The translations under genes and the position numbers were made by a program. DNA of 28,158 nucleotides from the IMG/VR virus record IMGVR_UViG_3300035526_000093, positions 1 to 28,158 of that record; one strand, given 5' to 3'. This stretch comes from a virus. Its lineage: Duplodnaviria; Caudoviricetes. The notes beneath the pieces are model-generated. The model made no database searches. It saw only the letters and a list, made by a program, of their open reading frames with translations, and had not been told where the DNA came from. Of this stretch, positions 18,486-26,979 are shown piece after piece (position 1 is the stretch's first letter; each line of letters begins with the position of its first letter).

Positions 18486-18637
18486 ATTGAGCACTATAGT
18501 TAAAGCTAAGAAATTTTGCTCTTCCACTGAGCTACAGGCCAATATATCAGGACACGAACTAATGCTCATGTACTCATGGCTGGCCTGGAGGGGCTCGAAC
18601 CCTCGCACAAATTTTTGATTGGAAATAAAGTGCCAAT
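18486..18637 (-). ncRNA. Circularly permuted tRNA-like RNA (YrlA/Y RNA-like)
   Basis: T-arm GAGGGTTCGAGCCCCTC and CAGGCCA-G-CCA come before TGGCCTG-TA-GCTCAGTGGAAGAGC (D-arm); closing stems AATTT/AAATT and ATTGGCACT/AGTGCTCAAT. Confidence 0.7.
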
Positions 18638-18835
18638 TACTTGATAAGCAAAACTGCCTTTGAAGCTATAGGAGCAAAACACTGATATCCAGACGCGTTT
18701 CATAACGTCAATGGATTTATTAAGACAACGATAAAGATAATAATAACGCTGCTCCATATATAAATCAAAGTTGTTTAAATATTAACGAGATTTTCTTTAA
18801 AGTGAAATAATCTCTTGTAAATTTCTTATATTTAT

Positions 18836-19585
18836 TTAGCCCTTAAGAATATAATCAGAAAGAGTTTTTCCAATTTTAACCTTAAGCACATCAACGTTAT
18901 TAGCACGCTGACGTGCTTGTTTCACAGCACGAATCAATGCATCAACACGACCCATGACGCGAGATTTCTCAGCAGGAGAAATCATTGAACACCAGTCAGT
19001 CTGTACGTATTTACCAATAGCAACATCTTCCGTAGATTCTTTAACCTGCGCAGGATGTTTATCAGTAGCCTCATAAAGAACAACCGGCTTCATAACTTTG
19101 GTAGTACGAATACGCTCTTGAAGTTTTCCAGAACGATATACGCCTTCACCTTTTACCTGGTCGGCAACCCAGGGAATAGCAGGAGCAAGTGTAGGAACCA
19201 TTGCTACCAAGTTACGGACGTCCTTCAGCTTATTCTCCAACCCAAGAAGAAAGGTAGCCGGGACATCTTTAGCAATAATATTACCGTCAATAATAATATC
19301 TGCTTTTGCGATTTGATTAGTGCTTTCCTTTTGGAGAACAGCATCAAACCAATTATTTACATGACCAAACACATAATCAAGCTTGTCACCAACAGTAGTA
19401 ACAAGATCTTTGGATTCGGAAGGTAGTTCATTTTCAACGCCTTCATTAAAAGGCTCATAATGCTTTTCGAAAGCAATAAAGTGATCAGGCTTCTTTACAA
19501 AAGTATTAACTGCTTCATTAATTACCTTTTTAGCAGTTCCTTCAAGATCGCCTTCTACGGCCAAAATTTCATGTAATTTACTCAT
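18836..19585 (-). CDS. Hypothetical protein (249 aa)
   Basis: MSKLHEILAVE..., PATFLLGLE, ATDKHPAQV, AVKQARQRAN; AAGGA RBS; resembles an uncharacterised family recalled from bacteria and phages (not verified). Confidence 0.8.
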   Translation of the reverse strand: MSKLHEILAVEGDLEGTAKKVINEAVNTFVKKPDHFIAFEKHYEPFNEGVENELPSESKDLVTTVGDKLDYVFGHVNNWFDAVLQKESTNQIAKADIIIDGNIIAKDVPATFLLGLENKLKDVRNLVAMVPTLAPAIPWVADQVKGEGVYRSGKLQERIRTTKVMKPVVLYEATDKHPAQVKESTEDVAIGKYVQTDWCSMISPAEKSRVMGRVDALIRAVKQARQRANNVDVLKVKIGKTLSDYILKG

Positions 19586-19614
19586 CGGTATTTCCTTAAG
19601 ATAAATGTTAAAAA

Positions 19615-19806
19615 TTATTTACGCTTACGCATAATCTTATCGCTAGAAATAGCAATCATTTTAATTACAGCCGACTGACCATCAGTAATCGGCCTAATCG
19701 GAAGCATAATACGTGCTACTTCATAAAGTTTAAAATTTCTTTCGATAGACTTTTTCAGTCGCTTAATATATGAACCATGTGTTTTTTCATGAACCTTCTT
19801 AATCAT
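19615..19806 (-). CDS. Small basic hypothetical protein
   Basis: 63 aa with GAGG RBS. Confidence 0.6.
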   Translation of the reverse strand: MIKKVHEKTHGSYIKRLKKSIERNFKLYEVARIMLPIRPITDGQSAVIKMIAISSDKIMRKRK

Positions 19807-19823
19807 ATTACCTCTTATGTTTA

Positions 19824-19897
19824 TGGCGGCCTATGAGAGAATTGAACTCTCGACTCTGATTCGACAGACCAGGGTTTTACCACTAAACTAATAGGCC
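19824..19897 (-). tRNA. tRNA-Asp(GTC)
   Basis: GGCCTAT/ATAGGCC-G-CCA; anticodon arm CTGGT-CT-GTC-GA-ATCAG; TTCAA T-loop. Confidence 0.92.
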
Positions 19898-19966
19898 AAA
19901 AATTAAGTGACTCTAAACTGTTATTAACACTTAGAGTCCCATCAGTACTCTGCTAGGAGATACAAT

Positions 19967-20390
19967 ATGAAACACTGCAATATTTGCGATACAACCAAGC
20001 CTCTGACAGATTTTCACAGAAAAGGAACAAAAGCAGATGGATCAAATAAATATCAATCCAAATGCAAAGTATGCCAAGCAGCATACCTAAAAGAACACTA
20101 TAGTAAAAAATAAAGAATACTATAAAGATAAAGCGCTCAAGAATAAACAAACTTTAAAAGAGTGGATGCGTAATTACAAATCAACTCTTTCATGTAAGAT
20201 CTGTAATGAGTCTGCAACATGCTGTCTAGACTTTCATCATAGAGATCCTAGTCAAAAAGAATTTGTACTTAGCGATATGGCTAATCGCGGCCAATCAATA
20301 AAGGTTATTGAGAAAGAAATCGCTAAATGTATTGTTCTTTGCTCAAATTGCCATAGGAAATTACATGCAGGTTTAATTGATCTTCCATAA
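19967..20390 (+). pseudogene. HNH endonuclease with a 1-nt frameshift in an A6 run near 20105
   Basis: AGGAG RBS; MKHCNICDTTKPLTDF...KCKVC, then in another frame CKIC...LDFHH...LCSNCHRKLH. Confidence 0.75.
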
Positions 20391-20392
20391 AT

Positions 20393-20470
20393 TGGCATGC
20401 CCGGCAGGACTCGAACCTGCGACAGTCGGGGTAGAAACCCGATACTCTGATCCAACTGAGTTACGGACAC
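20393..20470 (-). tRNA. tRNA-Arg(TCT)
   Basis: TCGGG-TT-TCT-AC-CCCGA anticodon arm; GCAGGTTCGAGTCCTGC; CCA encoded. Confidence 0.92.
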
Positions 20471-20575
20471 ACATAATTTGCTTTAATGACTAGGAATAAG
20501 TAATAACAATATTTAGTGTGTATTTATCCATTATATACGATGTAATTGTTATTTGCACCATAGTCGAATTAAAAC

Positions 20576-20983
20576 TTAAATTACCTCAGTCAGAAGTCGC
20601 CAATCTTTCAGTGTATTTCCATCAAACTGAATTTCAACAGGCTTTCCAACAAGTTTAGTGACGTCATTTACTTTTGCTTCTTTTAGTAGACTATCTAATT
20701 TTCTACAAATAGCAACAAGGTCTTTATCACGATCTTCTTCTGTCCACTTGGTATTCTCAGTGACTTCAATAATAGATGGTGACCAGCATCCCATGTGCCA
20801 GCTTACTCCACCCCATTTGCCTTCAAATGTAATTGTGACACCAAACATAGCATCTTGATATCCACCAATACCAAATTGAACGGATACGATTTTACCAAGC
20901 TCTTTTTTATATTCTACTTCTTCTGCTGCATTAGTAGCAGCTTCTTCTTCAATTACTACCTGACTCTCATTTGCTTCTGTCAT
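20576..20983 (-). CDS. Hypothetical protein
   Basis: 135 aa, GGAG RBS. Confidence 0.75.
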   Translation of the reverse strand: MTEANESQVVIEEEAATNAAEEVEYKKELGKIVSVQFGIGGYQDAMFGVTITFEGKWGGVSWHMGCWSPSIIEVTENTKWTEEDRDKDLVAICRKLDSLLKEAKVNDVTKLVGKPVEIQFDGNTLKDWRLLTEVI

Positions 20984-21065
20984 TACATAGCTCCATTAAA
21001 TAGTATGAGCAGTTTTTATACCAGAACTCTGCTCCAAACTGGGGTCCTAAGGATTCTGCCTAGCC

Positions 21066-21395
21066 TCAGCTGGGTGAATCTGCCTTAGTAAAGATCTTTA
21101 CAAATTGACTTACCCATTTAGGAAGTTTTGCTTCTGAGAAGCAGCGATTGCAGCGATCTGCAAACTCAATAAGATCATCCTGAACTGCATAAGGAACTTT
21201 TACCTCAAGAAGTCCGCGATCTACATATGCTTTAGCACGCTTAATTGCTACATCAGTTCCAAACTCATTACTAAACGTATCGCCTTTACGGCATTTAGTA
21301 AAGCCAATAGATACGACATCACTGCCTTCTTCAATGAAAGCAACAAGTACACCTACTTTAGTCCGATCTTTTTTCCGAATAAATTGTTTAATCAT
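21066..21395 (-). CDS. Hypothetical phage protein
   Basis: 109 aa; GFTKC...DTF...G...A..RA pattern. Confidence 0.7.
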   Translation of the reverse strand: MIKQFIRKKDRTKVGVLVAFIEEGSDVVSIGFTKCRKGDTFSNEFGTDVAIKRAKAYVDRGLLEVKVPYAVQDDLIEFADRCNRCFSEAKLPKWVSQFVKIFTKADSPS

Positions 21396-21403
21396 AACAA
21401 TAC

Positions 21404-21583
21404 CTATTTCTTTTTAAATTTAAACATAAAAAATGTAAAAGTTCCACCAAAAAAACCTAGTATAAGACCAGAAATTGCAAGCTTAAGCACTGCTCCAAAA
21501 ATAGCAGAACTTACCATGAAGCTAACACCAATAGCTGCAAGTATGACACCTACAAAAATAGCAATAAAAAGTTTCATCTTCAT
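21404..21583 (-). CDS. Small membrane protein with two TM segments (59 aa)
   Basis: MKMKLFIAIFVGVILAAIGVSFMVSSAIFGAVLKLAISGLILGFFGGTFTFFMFKFKKK; below the ORF-track cutoff. Confidence 0.65.
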   Translation of the reverse strand: MKMKLFIAIFVGVILAAIGVSFMVSSAIFGAVLKLAISGLILGFFGGTFTFFMFKFKKK

Positions 21584-21747
21584 TCCTTAATTAAGGTTGT
21601 TTCAACAAAGAAGCCGTGACAAACTCTTCCATCACTATCCAAGTGATAGCAAGGAAATGTATATTTATCTTTAGCATTTCTATGCTTACTAAAAAATCTT
21701 CTTGTTTTTAATATTTTACCGCAAATAGCACATTTGCATTTATCCAT
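21580..21747 (-). CDS. Small Cys/His-rich protein
   Basis: MDKCKCAICG...H...C; the longer ORF-track start lies inside the tRNA. Confidence 0.55.
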   Translation of the reverse strand: MDKCKCAICGKILKTRRFFSKHRNAKDKYTFPCYHLDSDGRVCHGFFVETTLIKE

Positions 21748-21749
21748 GG

Positions 21750-21825
21750 TGGCAGCTCCGCGCGGATTCGAACCGCGAACTTCTTGGCTCAAAACCAAGC
21801 ACTCTAGCTGTTGAGTTACGGAGCA
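21750..21825 (-). tRNA. tRNA-Gln(TTG)
   Basis: CTTGG-TT-TTG-AG-CCAAG; T-arm CGCGGTTCGAATCCGCG; U1.U72 mismatch; G73-CCA. Confidence 0.9.
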
Positions 21826-21836
21826 TCACAGTTCAT

Positions 21837-22061
21837 CTATATTACTTCTGATAAGTACACTTTAACCATTGGCTCATGTACCGAACAGTAGTATCTTACC
21901 TTATAGTCAACACATTGGTCAATAACTATTTGCTTCATTTCTGGGCTATGTCCGGTAATAATTAGTACATCTTTACCTTCTTCCCAGTTATCATTTATGA
22001 ACCTACAGATAGCACCTGGTGCTTCCGCATGCTTTACTCCATGTAAATCTAACTGTTTCAT
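21837..22061 (-). CDS. Stand-alone Smr domain protein
   Basis: LDLHG and IITG motifs. Confidence 0.8.
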   Translation of the reverse strand: MKQLDLHGVKHAEAPGAICRFINDNWEEGKDVLIITGHSPEMKQIVIDQCVDYKVRYYCSVHEPMVKVYLSEVI

Positions 22062-22064
22062 AGG

Positions 22065-22265
22065 TCAAGGCTCATTTAAGATTAATACCTGAGATGTATC
22101 CATGACACTATCTCGATATGTCTGATTTGAGCATATACCTGCATTTCTTAGTGTACGACGGAGCACATCAATACGACCTCTAGGCCCAGAAGGCTGTCCA
22201 CCAATTGCCCATGTGATAGCTTCCAACAGCAAAGCATCTTCCATTGACATTTCAATGCTTACCAT
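22065..22265 (-). CDS. Hypothetical protein
   Basis: ORF track; true start may be further upstream. Confidence 0.55.
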   Translation of the reverse strand: MVSIEMSMEDALLLEAITWAIGGQPSGPRGRIDVLRRTLRNAGICSNQTYRDSVMDTSQVLILNEP

Positions 22266-22399
22266 TTTTCTTTCTTCTATAACAACACGTTCATAGTTTT
22301 TCTATATAAGTTTCTACCTTCATTTTTCTCTCCAAGATTAACACTACCCTCCTATTTCTAGGAGGGCAATCATATTAGTATGCTATAAATAGCAGTGAC

Positions 22400-22702
22400 T
22401 TATGAGCGTAGTCTTCCGTATTTGTTATATCTACGCTCAATGCTTGACACGAAGTTATTGTTTTCTTTTGGAATCTCAATCTTAGAATGTATCATATAGA
22501 GAGCATTGTGATATTGATGTGGATCATAAGCTTTATCGCCACATAAAATAGCTCTATATGCCCCGCTTTTAAATCCAGTATATAACAATGCACTAAACGT
22601 ACAATTTCCTTTATATAATGACACTTCAATTACATAATAGGAGCATTCATCAAGATCTTTGACCACATCTTGTAAGTAGACAAAGTTATTATTTATATCC
22701 AT
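22400..22702 (-). CDS. Hypothetical protein
   Basis: 100 aa ORF. Confidence 0.65.
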   Translation of the reverse strand: MDINNNFVYLQDVVKDLDECSYYVIEVSLYKGNCTFSALLYTGFKSGAYRAILCGDKAYDPHQYHNALYMIHSKIEIPKENNNFVSSIERRYNKYGRLRS

Positions 22703-22857
22703 TACGATAACCCTGTGTTAGCACGTACTTCGTCAAGAGTCATGTTCCTAAAGAGACGACCACTATCATATACTACATAGTTCTCACCACACAGATCATG
22801 CTCCATAAGCATTGGATATTCTTTATCTTTAGCTTTTATTGTACTTTTAACTGTCAT
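22702..22857 (-). pseudogene. Short ORF resembling the C-terminus of nicotinamide phosphoribosyltransferase (NadV)
   Basis: Ends VVYDSGRLFRNMTLDEVRANTGLS; near the NMNAT-Nudix gene. Confidence 0.4.
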
Positions 22858-23233
22858 TTTTTATACTTTCATTGGTTAAGAATTCATATAGAGTAGAAAT
22901 AAATAATTCAATATCGGTTACAAGGTTGATAGGTAATAGATATGTAACAACAGGATCAATCTTAAAAATATCAGATTTGGGACCAATACTTTTTATTTGT
23001 CCATACTTTTTAACAAAATCAGGCCACCACTTTTGTTTTTCACACCACATAAGAATCGTGCGCAGCTTAAAGTGGTTAAATACATTATGCACATCATTTG
23101 CTTTTTCAACTTCACTAGCCCAAAATTCTTCTCCACAATGGATACATGTTCTTCCATTTATAGAATCTTTAAAGTCATGCCAGCATTTGCCCATAAGCTT
23201 CGCAAAATATTTATTTATTTTTTCTTTATTCAT
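22847..23233 (-). CDS. Hypothetical protein
   Basis: 128 aa; CWH...CIHCG. Confidence 0.7.
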   Translation of the reverse strand: MNKEKINKYFAKLMGKCWHDFKDSINGRTCIHCGEEFWASEVEKANDVHNVFNHFKLRTILMWCEKQKWWPDFVKKYGQIKSIGPKSDIFKIDPVVTYLLPINLVTDIELFISTLYEFLTNESIKNDS

Positions 23234-23365
23234 ATTCTTTTAAACTTACCTCTTAAAATAAGTCCAGTCTTCGGCCCAATCAAATAAGTATCACATATGT
23301 ATAGTGTACAGAAATAGGAAACTTCCTATCTTTCAGGGAGCTTAATACATCTTCCCAGTTAATCA

Positions 23366-24475
23366 TTATCGCCTTCCAATAAGATTAAAGATAATGTCAG
23401 AATGATCAGAGAATATCTGACCTCTATCAGCCATCTCTTCAAATTCACACAAAGGAACCCATTTGGCTTCAGCAGCGTCATCAGCAGCTTTAACTTCAGG
23501 CAATCCCGCAGCAGAATTAGGTAGCTCAATAAGATACGCTTCAGTAATCATACGCCCACGAAGATCGCGGCTAGGATGATCATATATTTTATGCTTTACA
23601 ATAAATCTTTCATTAACCTCTAAGCCAGCTTCCTCTTTAAGTTCACGTAAGCAGCACTCTCTAAGAGTTTCATTTTCATCCAAGAACCCGCCAGGCATAG
23701 CCCAGTTACCTTTACCAGGATTATGCCCACGCTTAATAAGAAGAATATGTCCAGACTGAATTACAGCAGCGTCTGCAGCTATAAATTTAGGAGGAAATAG
23801 AGCAAATTGCCATGATTCTTTATAAGCTTTTACCTTCTTATACTCATCCAAAAGACAAGCAAACTCATCAGTTTCACGCCAATGAGATAAATAATTAACA
23901 ACACTCTTTGGCAGAACCTTAGAAGCAATAACACTAAAGTCGTGATCAAGCTTCTCAAAATACAAAGTGCGTAGATCACTAGCATTAAGTGCAGCCATAG
24001 AGCTTACTTCTTTATAGTCCCACTGAGGAAACAAGTCCAAGTAAAAGCTAGACTCATCTTTACGATGACCTATCAAGCAAACTTTGGGTCGAGGAGAAAA
24101 AGCACCATTAGTATTGCCAGTGTAAATAATGCGAGCAACTTGCTTTTGTACTTCCTGGGCCCACATTTGATCATTGTAGACATAATCATTAATACCACGT
24201 ACAGTGAACTTAAGACTAGAGTTCGTAACACCATATCCCTCAACAACCTCATTGATAGCAAGATCAATCATTATCTCACGATCCTGTACAGTCCATGGGT
24301 TTTTAATTGAACGAGGTCTGTTTTTGGATCCAGTAAGAATGATTACATGATTAGCAAGACTAAATGCTTCTTTAATCACATGTAGGTGACCAACGTGAGG
24401 AGGCTCAAGCCTTCCTATGAATACACAGTAGTCGTATTCCTTTTTAGGAGTTTCAATCATTTTATCTTCCCACAT
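23366..24475 (-). CDS. nadM: Bifunctional NMN adenylyltransferase / Nudix (ADP-ribose) hydrolase (NadM-Nudix)
   Basis: GRLEPPHVGH (HxGH), KNPW, SSFYL; Nudix box GGFLDENETLRECCLRELKEEAGL. Confidence 0.93.
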   Translation of the reverse strand: MWEDKMIETPKKEYDYCVFIGRLEPPHVGHLHVIKEAFSLANHVIILTGSKNRPRSIKNPWTVQDREIMIDLAINEVVEGYGVTNSSLKFTVRGINDYVYNDQMWAQEVQKQVARIIYTGNTNGAFSPRPKVCLIGHRKDESSFYLDLFPQWDYKEVSSMAALNASDLRTLYFEKLDHDFSVIASKVLPKSVVNYLSHWRETDEFACLLDEYKKVKAYKESWQFALFPPKFIAADAAVIQSGHILLIKRGHNPGKGNWAMPGGFLDENETLRECCLRELKEEAGLEVNERFIVKHKIYDHPSRDLRGRMITEAYLIELPNSAAGLPEVKAADDAAEAKWVPLCEFEEMADRGQIFSDHSDIIFNLIGRR

Positions 24476-24492
24476 ATTATATCCTTTAAATT

Positions 24493-24516
24493 AAAAAAGG
24501 GGACTAACGTCCCCTT
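24493..24516 (-). terminator. Rho-independent terminator
   Basis: AAGGGGAC-GTTA-GTCCCCTT-TTTT. Confidence 0.8.
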
Positions 24517-24543
24517 CTCTGTTATTATGTCTTCGTTTTTGTT

Positions 24544-24888
24544 TTAGAAGTTACGGACTTCTACTGCCGGTTTTTCATCTTCACCAAGAAGTTCATCCAA
24601 GCGATCAACATAGCGCTGAGCACGAGCATTTTTCTTCTCAATAAGGGCTTTTACTTCAGCAGTTTTAGCTTCAGTAGCAACCAATTTAGCACGCTTCTCT
24701 TCAAGCTTTTGCTCAGCCTTAATAGAAGCCTTGGTATTCATTTCGATACCCTTTTGCGCCTGTACTTTGGCTTGCTCGTGAAAATGAAGACTTTTCTCGA
24801 TATGATAGCTACCATCAATAAAGTATCGAACTACATCGAGTTTCATAATAAAATTAGTAATTTTTTCCAACATTTTTTTTCTCTCCAT
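24544..24888 (-). CDS. Coiled-coil hypothetical protein
   Basis: 114 aa, Ala/Lys/Glu-rich. Confidence 0.7.
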   Translation of the reverse strand: MERKKMLEKITNFIMKLDVVRYFIDGSYHIEKSLHFHEQAKVQAQKGIEMNTKASIKAEQKLEEKRAKLVATEAKTAEVKALIEKKNARAQRYVDRLDELLGEDEKPAVEVRNF

Positions 24889-25030
24889 GAGAACATAAGG
24901 TGTTTTGTTTTGTCTTCATGACAATAACATTTTCGTTTTTACATGATTCACATTTTCCGTTAACTAGTCGTTTAGATAAATGAAAGCAATTTGTACATTT
25001 AAACATATAAAAACTCCTTATAATTATTAT

Positions 25031-25109
25031 TCAGGGAATAAGCGATAACAGTAGCTTGTTAGTCGGATTAAAAGTCTGATTAGAAGTATCTGTTATCTTC
25101 ACCACTGAG
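25031..25109 (-). ncRNA. Minimal Y RNA-like hairpin carrying a tRNA-Lys-like anticodon arm
   Basis: CAGTGGTGAAGATAACAG...CTGTTATCGCTTATTCCCTG stem shares motifs with 27261..27445; internal TCAGA-CTTTTAA-TCCGA. Confidence 0.5.
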
Positions 25110-25169
25110 ATTAAATGGTAGCTGGGAGCTTAAAGTATATAAAATTACCGTAGATTGGTAACATAATTA

Positions 25170-25261
25170 TGGTACGGGCGGTTGGGTTCGAACCAACGAT
25201 GTGAACTTATCTGTGCGAGATTTTAAGTCTCGTGCGTCTCAGCCAGCTTCGCCACACCCGC
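25170..25261 (-). tRNA. tRNA-Leu(TAA)
   Basis: CGAGA-CT-TAA-AA-TCTCG; long variable arm; A73-CCA. Confidence 0.9.
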
Positions 25262-25735
25262 ATGTAATTCTCGATGACACCTAGCACATAAAAGAACACA
25301 CTTCTTAGCCTCATCTAATAGAGACTGAAGTGAAAAATGATAAGAACTAGAAAGATCAAAGTTTTTAATTTCTGGATCAATATGATGAACATCTATAGCA
25401 TCTAGACACTTATCGTATCCGCAAATTACACATTTATTACCTAAAAAATTAAAAATTTTTTCTTTATTTTTCTTTCTAGTAGCCCTTGTTTTACATGATG
25501 AACACTCTAAATTACGTGTCTTATAAGTAAACTCTTTTCCACATGTTTTGCATATTCGTTTTTTAGCAATAAGAATTCTAGTCTTTTTCTTATATGTACC
25601 ATTCTTTTTTGCCTTATACGGGCTACACTCTATACAATATGTTCTTTTTCGTACATCTTTACGCTTTCCATCTATTTTTATGAAATTAGGGAACTTGCAT
25701 CCACACTGTTTGCATATTGGCATAATTACCTCCAA
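25223..25735 (-). CDS. HNH endonuclease with Zn-finger N-terminus
   Basis: CVICGY...IDVHHIDP...LLCARCHRELH; 3' end overlaps the tRNA-Leu 5' end. Confidence 0.85.
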   Translation of the reverse strand: MEVIMPICKQCGCKFPNFIKIDGKRKDVRKRTYCIECSPYKAKKNGTYKKKTRILIAKKRICKTCGKEFTYKTRNLECSSCKTRATRKKNKEKIFNFLGNKCVICGYDKCLDAIDVHHIDPEIKNFDLSSSYHFSLQSLLDEAKKCVLLCARCHRELHAGVAKLAETHET

Positions 25736-25813
25736 GTAATTTATTACTTGTTAATAACTATATACATATATACAACTTTCTGTGTATGCCAATTCCGCCA
25801 CCCAGCTGTGTTA

Positions 25814-26203
25814 TTAATATCTTCCTATAGTTAAGTGTAGTCCAAAGTTTGTAGGAAACTTAAACTCCTTTCTTATATCAAGTAAGAAGTCATTTTTTAC
25901 CTCAACGAAACAAAATCCTCTTCGGAATACAATGTCGTTACTATATTCAAAATCAACTTCCTTTAAATGATATTTCTTCCATAGGTGCATATATTCATTA
26001 TAAGGTTTTTCTCCACGAATTATGGAAACATGTGATCCCCATGATGGCATATGTAATTTCAGCCAATAACGCTTCATTACAAACCATCGATAATAACGTG
26101 TAATTTCAGGGTCTACAATTAAAGTAACCCACCAGTCCTTTTTCTTCTTAAGATTAGGTCTATGTGGGTCATAAATGATCTTACCTGTGCTTTTAAAGAA
26201 CAT
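25814..26203 (-). CDS. 2H phosphoesterase superfamily protein
   Basis: Two H-x-(S/T)-hydrophobic motifs: HVSI and HLTI. Confidence 0.7.
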   Translation of the reverse strand: MFFKSTGKIIYDPHRPNLKKKKDWWVTLIVDPEITRYYRWFVMKRYWLKLHMPSWGSHVSIIRGEKPYNEYMHLWKKYHLKEVDFEYSNDIVFRRGFCFVEVKNDFLLDIRKEFKFPTNFGLHLTIGRY

Positions 26204-26380
26204 AATAATACTTTACTGCTTATGTTATTAAAGTTTTTTGTGGTTAACCTCGATTGCTTCCCGGTACACCACAAGGTCACGGGGTCGCAGTCTTTTTATG
26301 TGCCACATTCGCAGCATTATCACCACACTGTGGAGGATTAGACCAAACCTGTCATGAGAACCTCAGTCCTCAGAAATAAC

Positions 26381-26821
26381 TCAACCTCGACGACCTTTGC
26401 CTTCTACTGCTACCAGCAGAGGCTCAAGCAGCCAATCGGCTTCGCTACAAAATTCACTCTTAGCACGTTTTAGCAAATGCCTAAACTTGCGATCCGCTTC
26501 TTCATTATTGATAGTAAACGAGACCTTATAAGGATTAAACTCACACTTTTCTCGCTCCATTTCAACAATGAGACCACTCTTAATTTCACTGCCAGTAAAC
26601 AAAAGGCGTTTTGATTCTTCGTGAATAATATCACGAACAAGTTGCCAACGAGCTTTGCCAGAATAAGAAATACCAAGTTTCTTACAAATAGGCTCAAGCA
26701 CATATTTACCATCAGATCTCTTACATGTATCTTCATCAAGATACCCTGGAGAATCCCATCCGTGCTTAATTACAGCAGTCTCAACATCAAGAAGAAGCGC
26801 TTTAAACTCTTCAATAGTCAT
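26381..26821 (-). CDS. Hypothetical protein
   Basis: 146 aa, AGGA RBS. Confidence 0.7.
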   Translation of the reverse strand: MTIEEFKALLLDVETAVIKHGWDSPGYLDEDTCKRSDGKYVLEPICKKLGISYSGKARWQLVRDIIHEESKRLLFTGSEIKSGLIVEMEREKCEFNPYKVSFTINNEEADRKFRHLLKRAKSEFCSEADWLLEPLLVAVEGKGRRG

Positions 26822-26854
26822 TTTATTATCCTAAAAGTTGGTGGGTGCATGTTG

Positions 26855-26935
26855 TGTACAGGGACGGAGTTGAACCGCCACAGCCTACGACGCCTGATTT
26901 ACAGTCAGGGGAGCTCACCAATGCTCAGCCTGTAC
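26855..26935 (-). tRNA. tRNA-Tyr(GTA)
   Basis: GTACAGG/CCTGTAC-A; CCTGA-CT-GTA-AA-TCAGG; CCA not encoded. Confidence 0.88.
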
Positions 26936-26979
26936 ATTTAGTTAACAGATACGTTTCTTGTAACCAAGAAACTCAATAG

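Noticed and set aside
18486-18637. Two-piece tmRNA
   Set aside because: No G3.U70 alanine identity, full D-arm present, no tag reading frame found
26225-26380. GC-richer intergenic stretch as a possible ncRNA or small ORF
   Set aside because: No convincing fold or RBS-supported ORF could be established by eye
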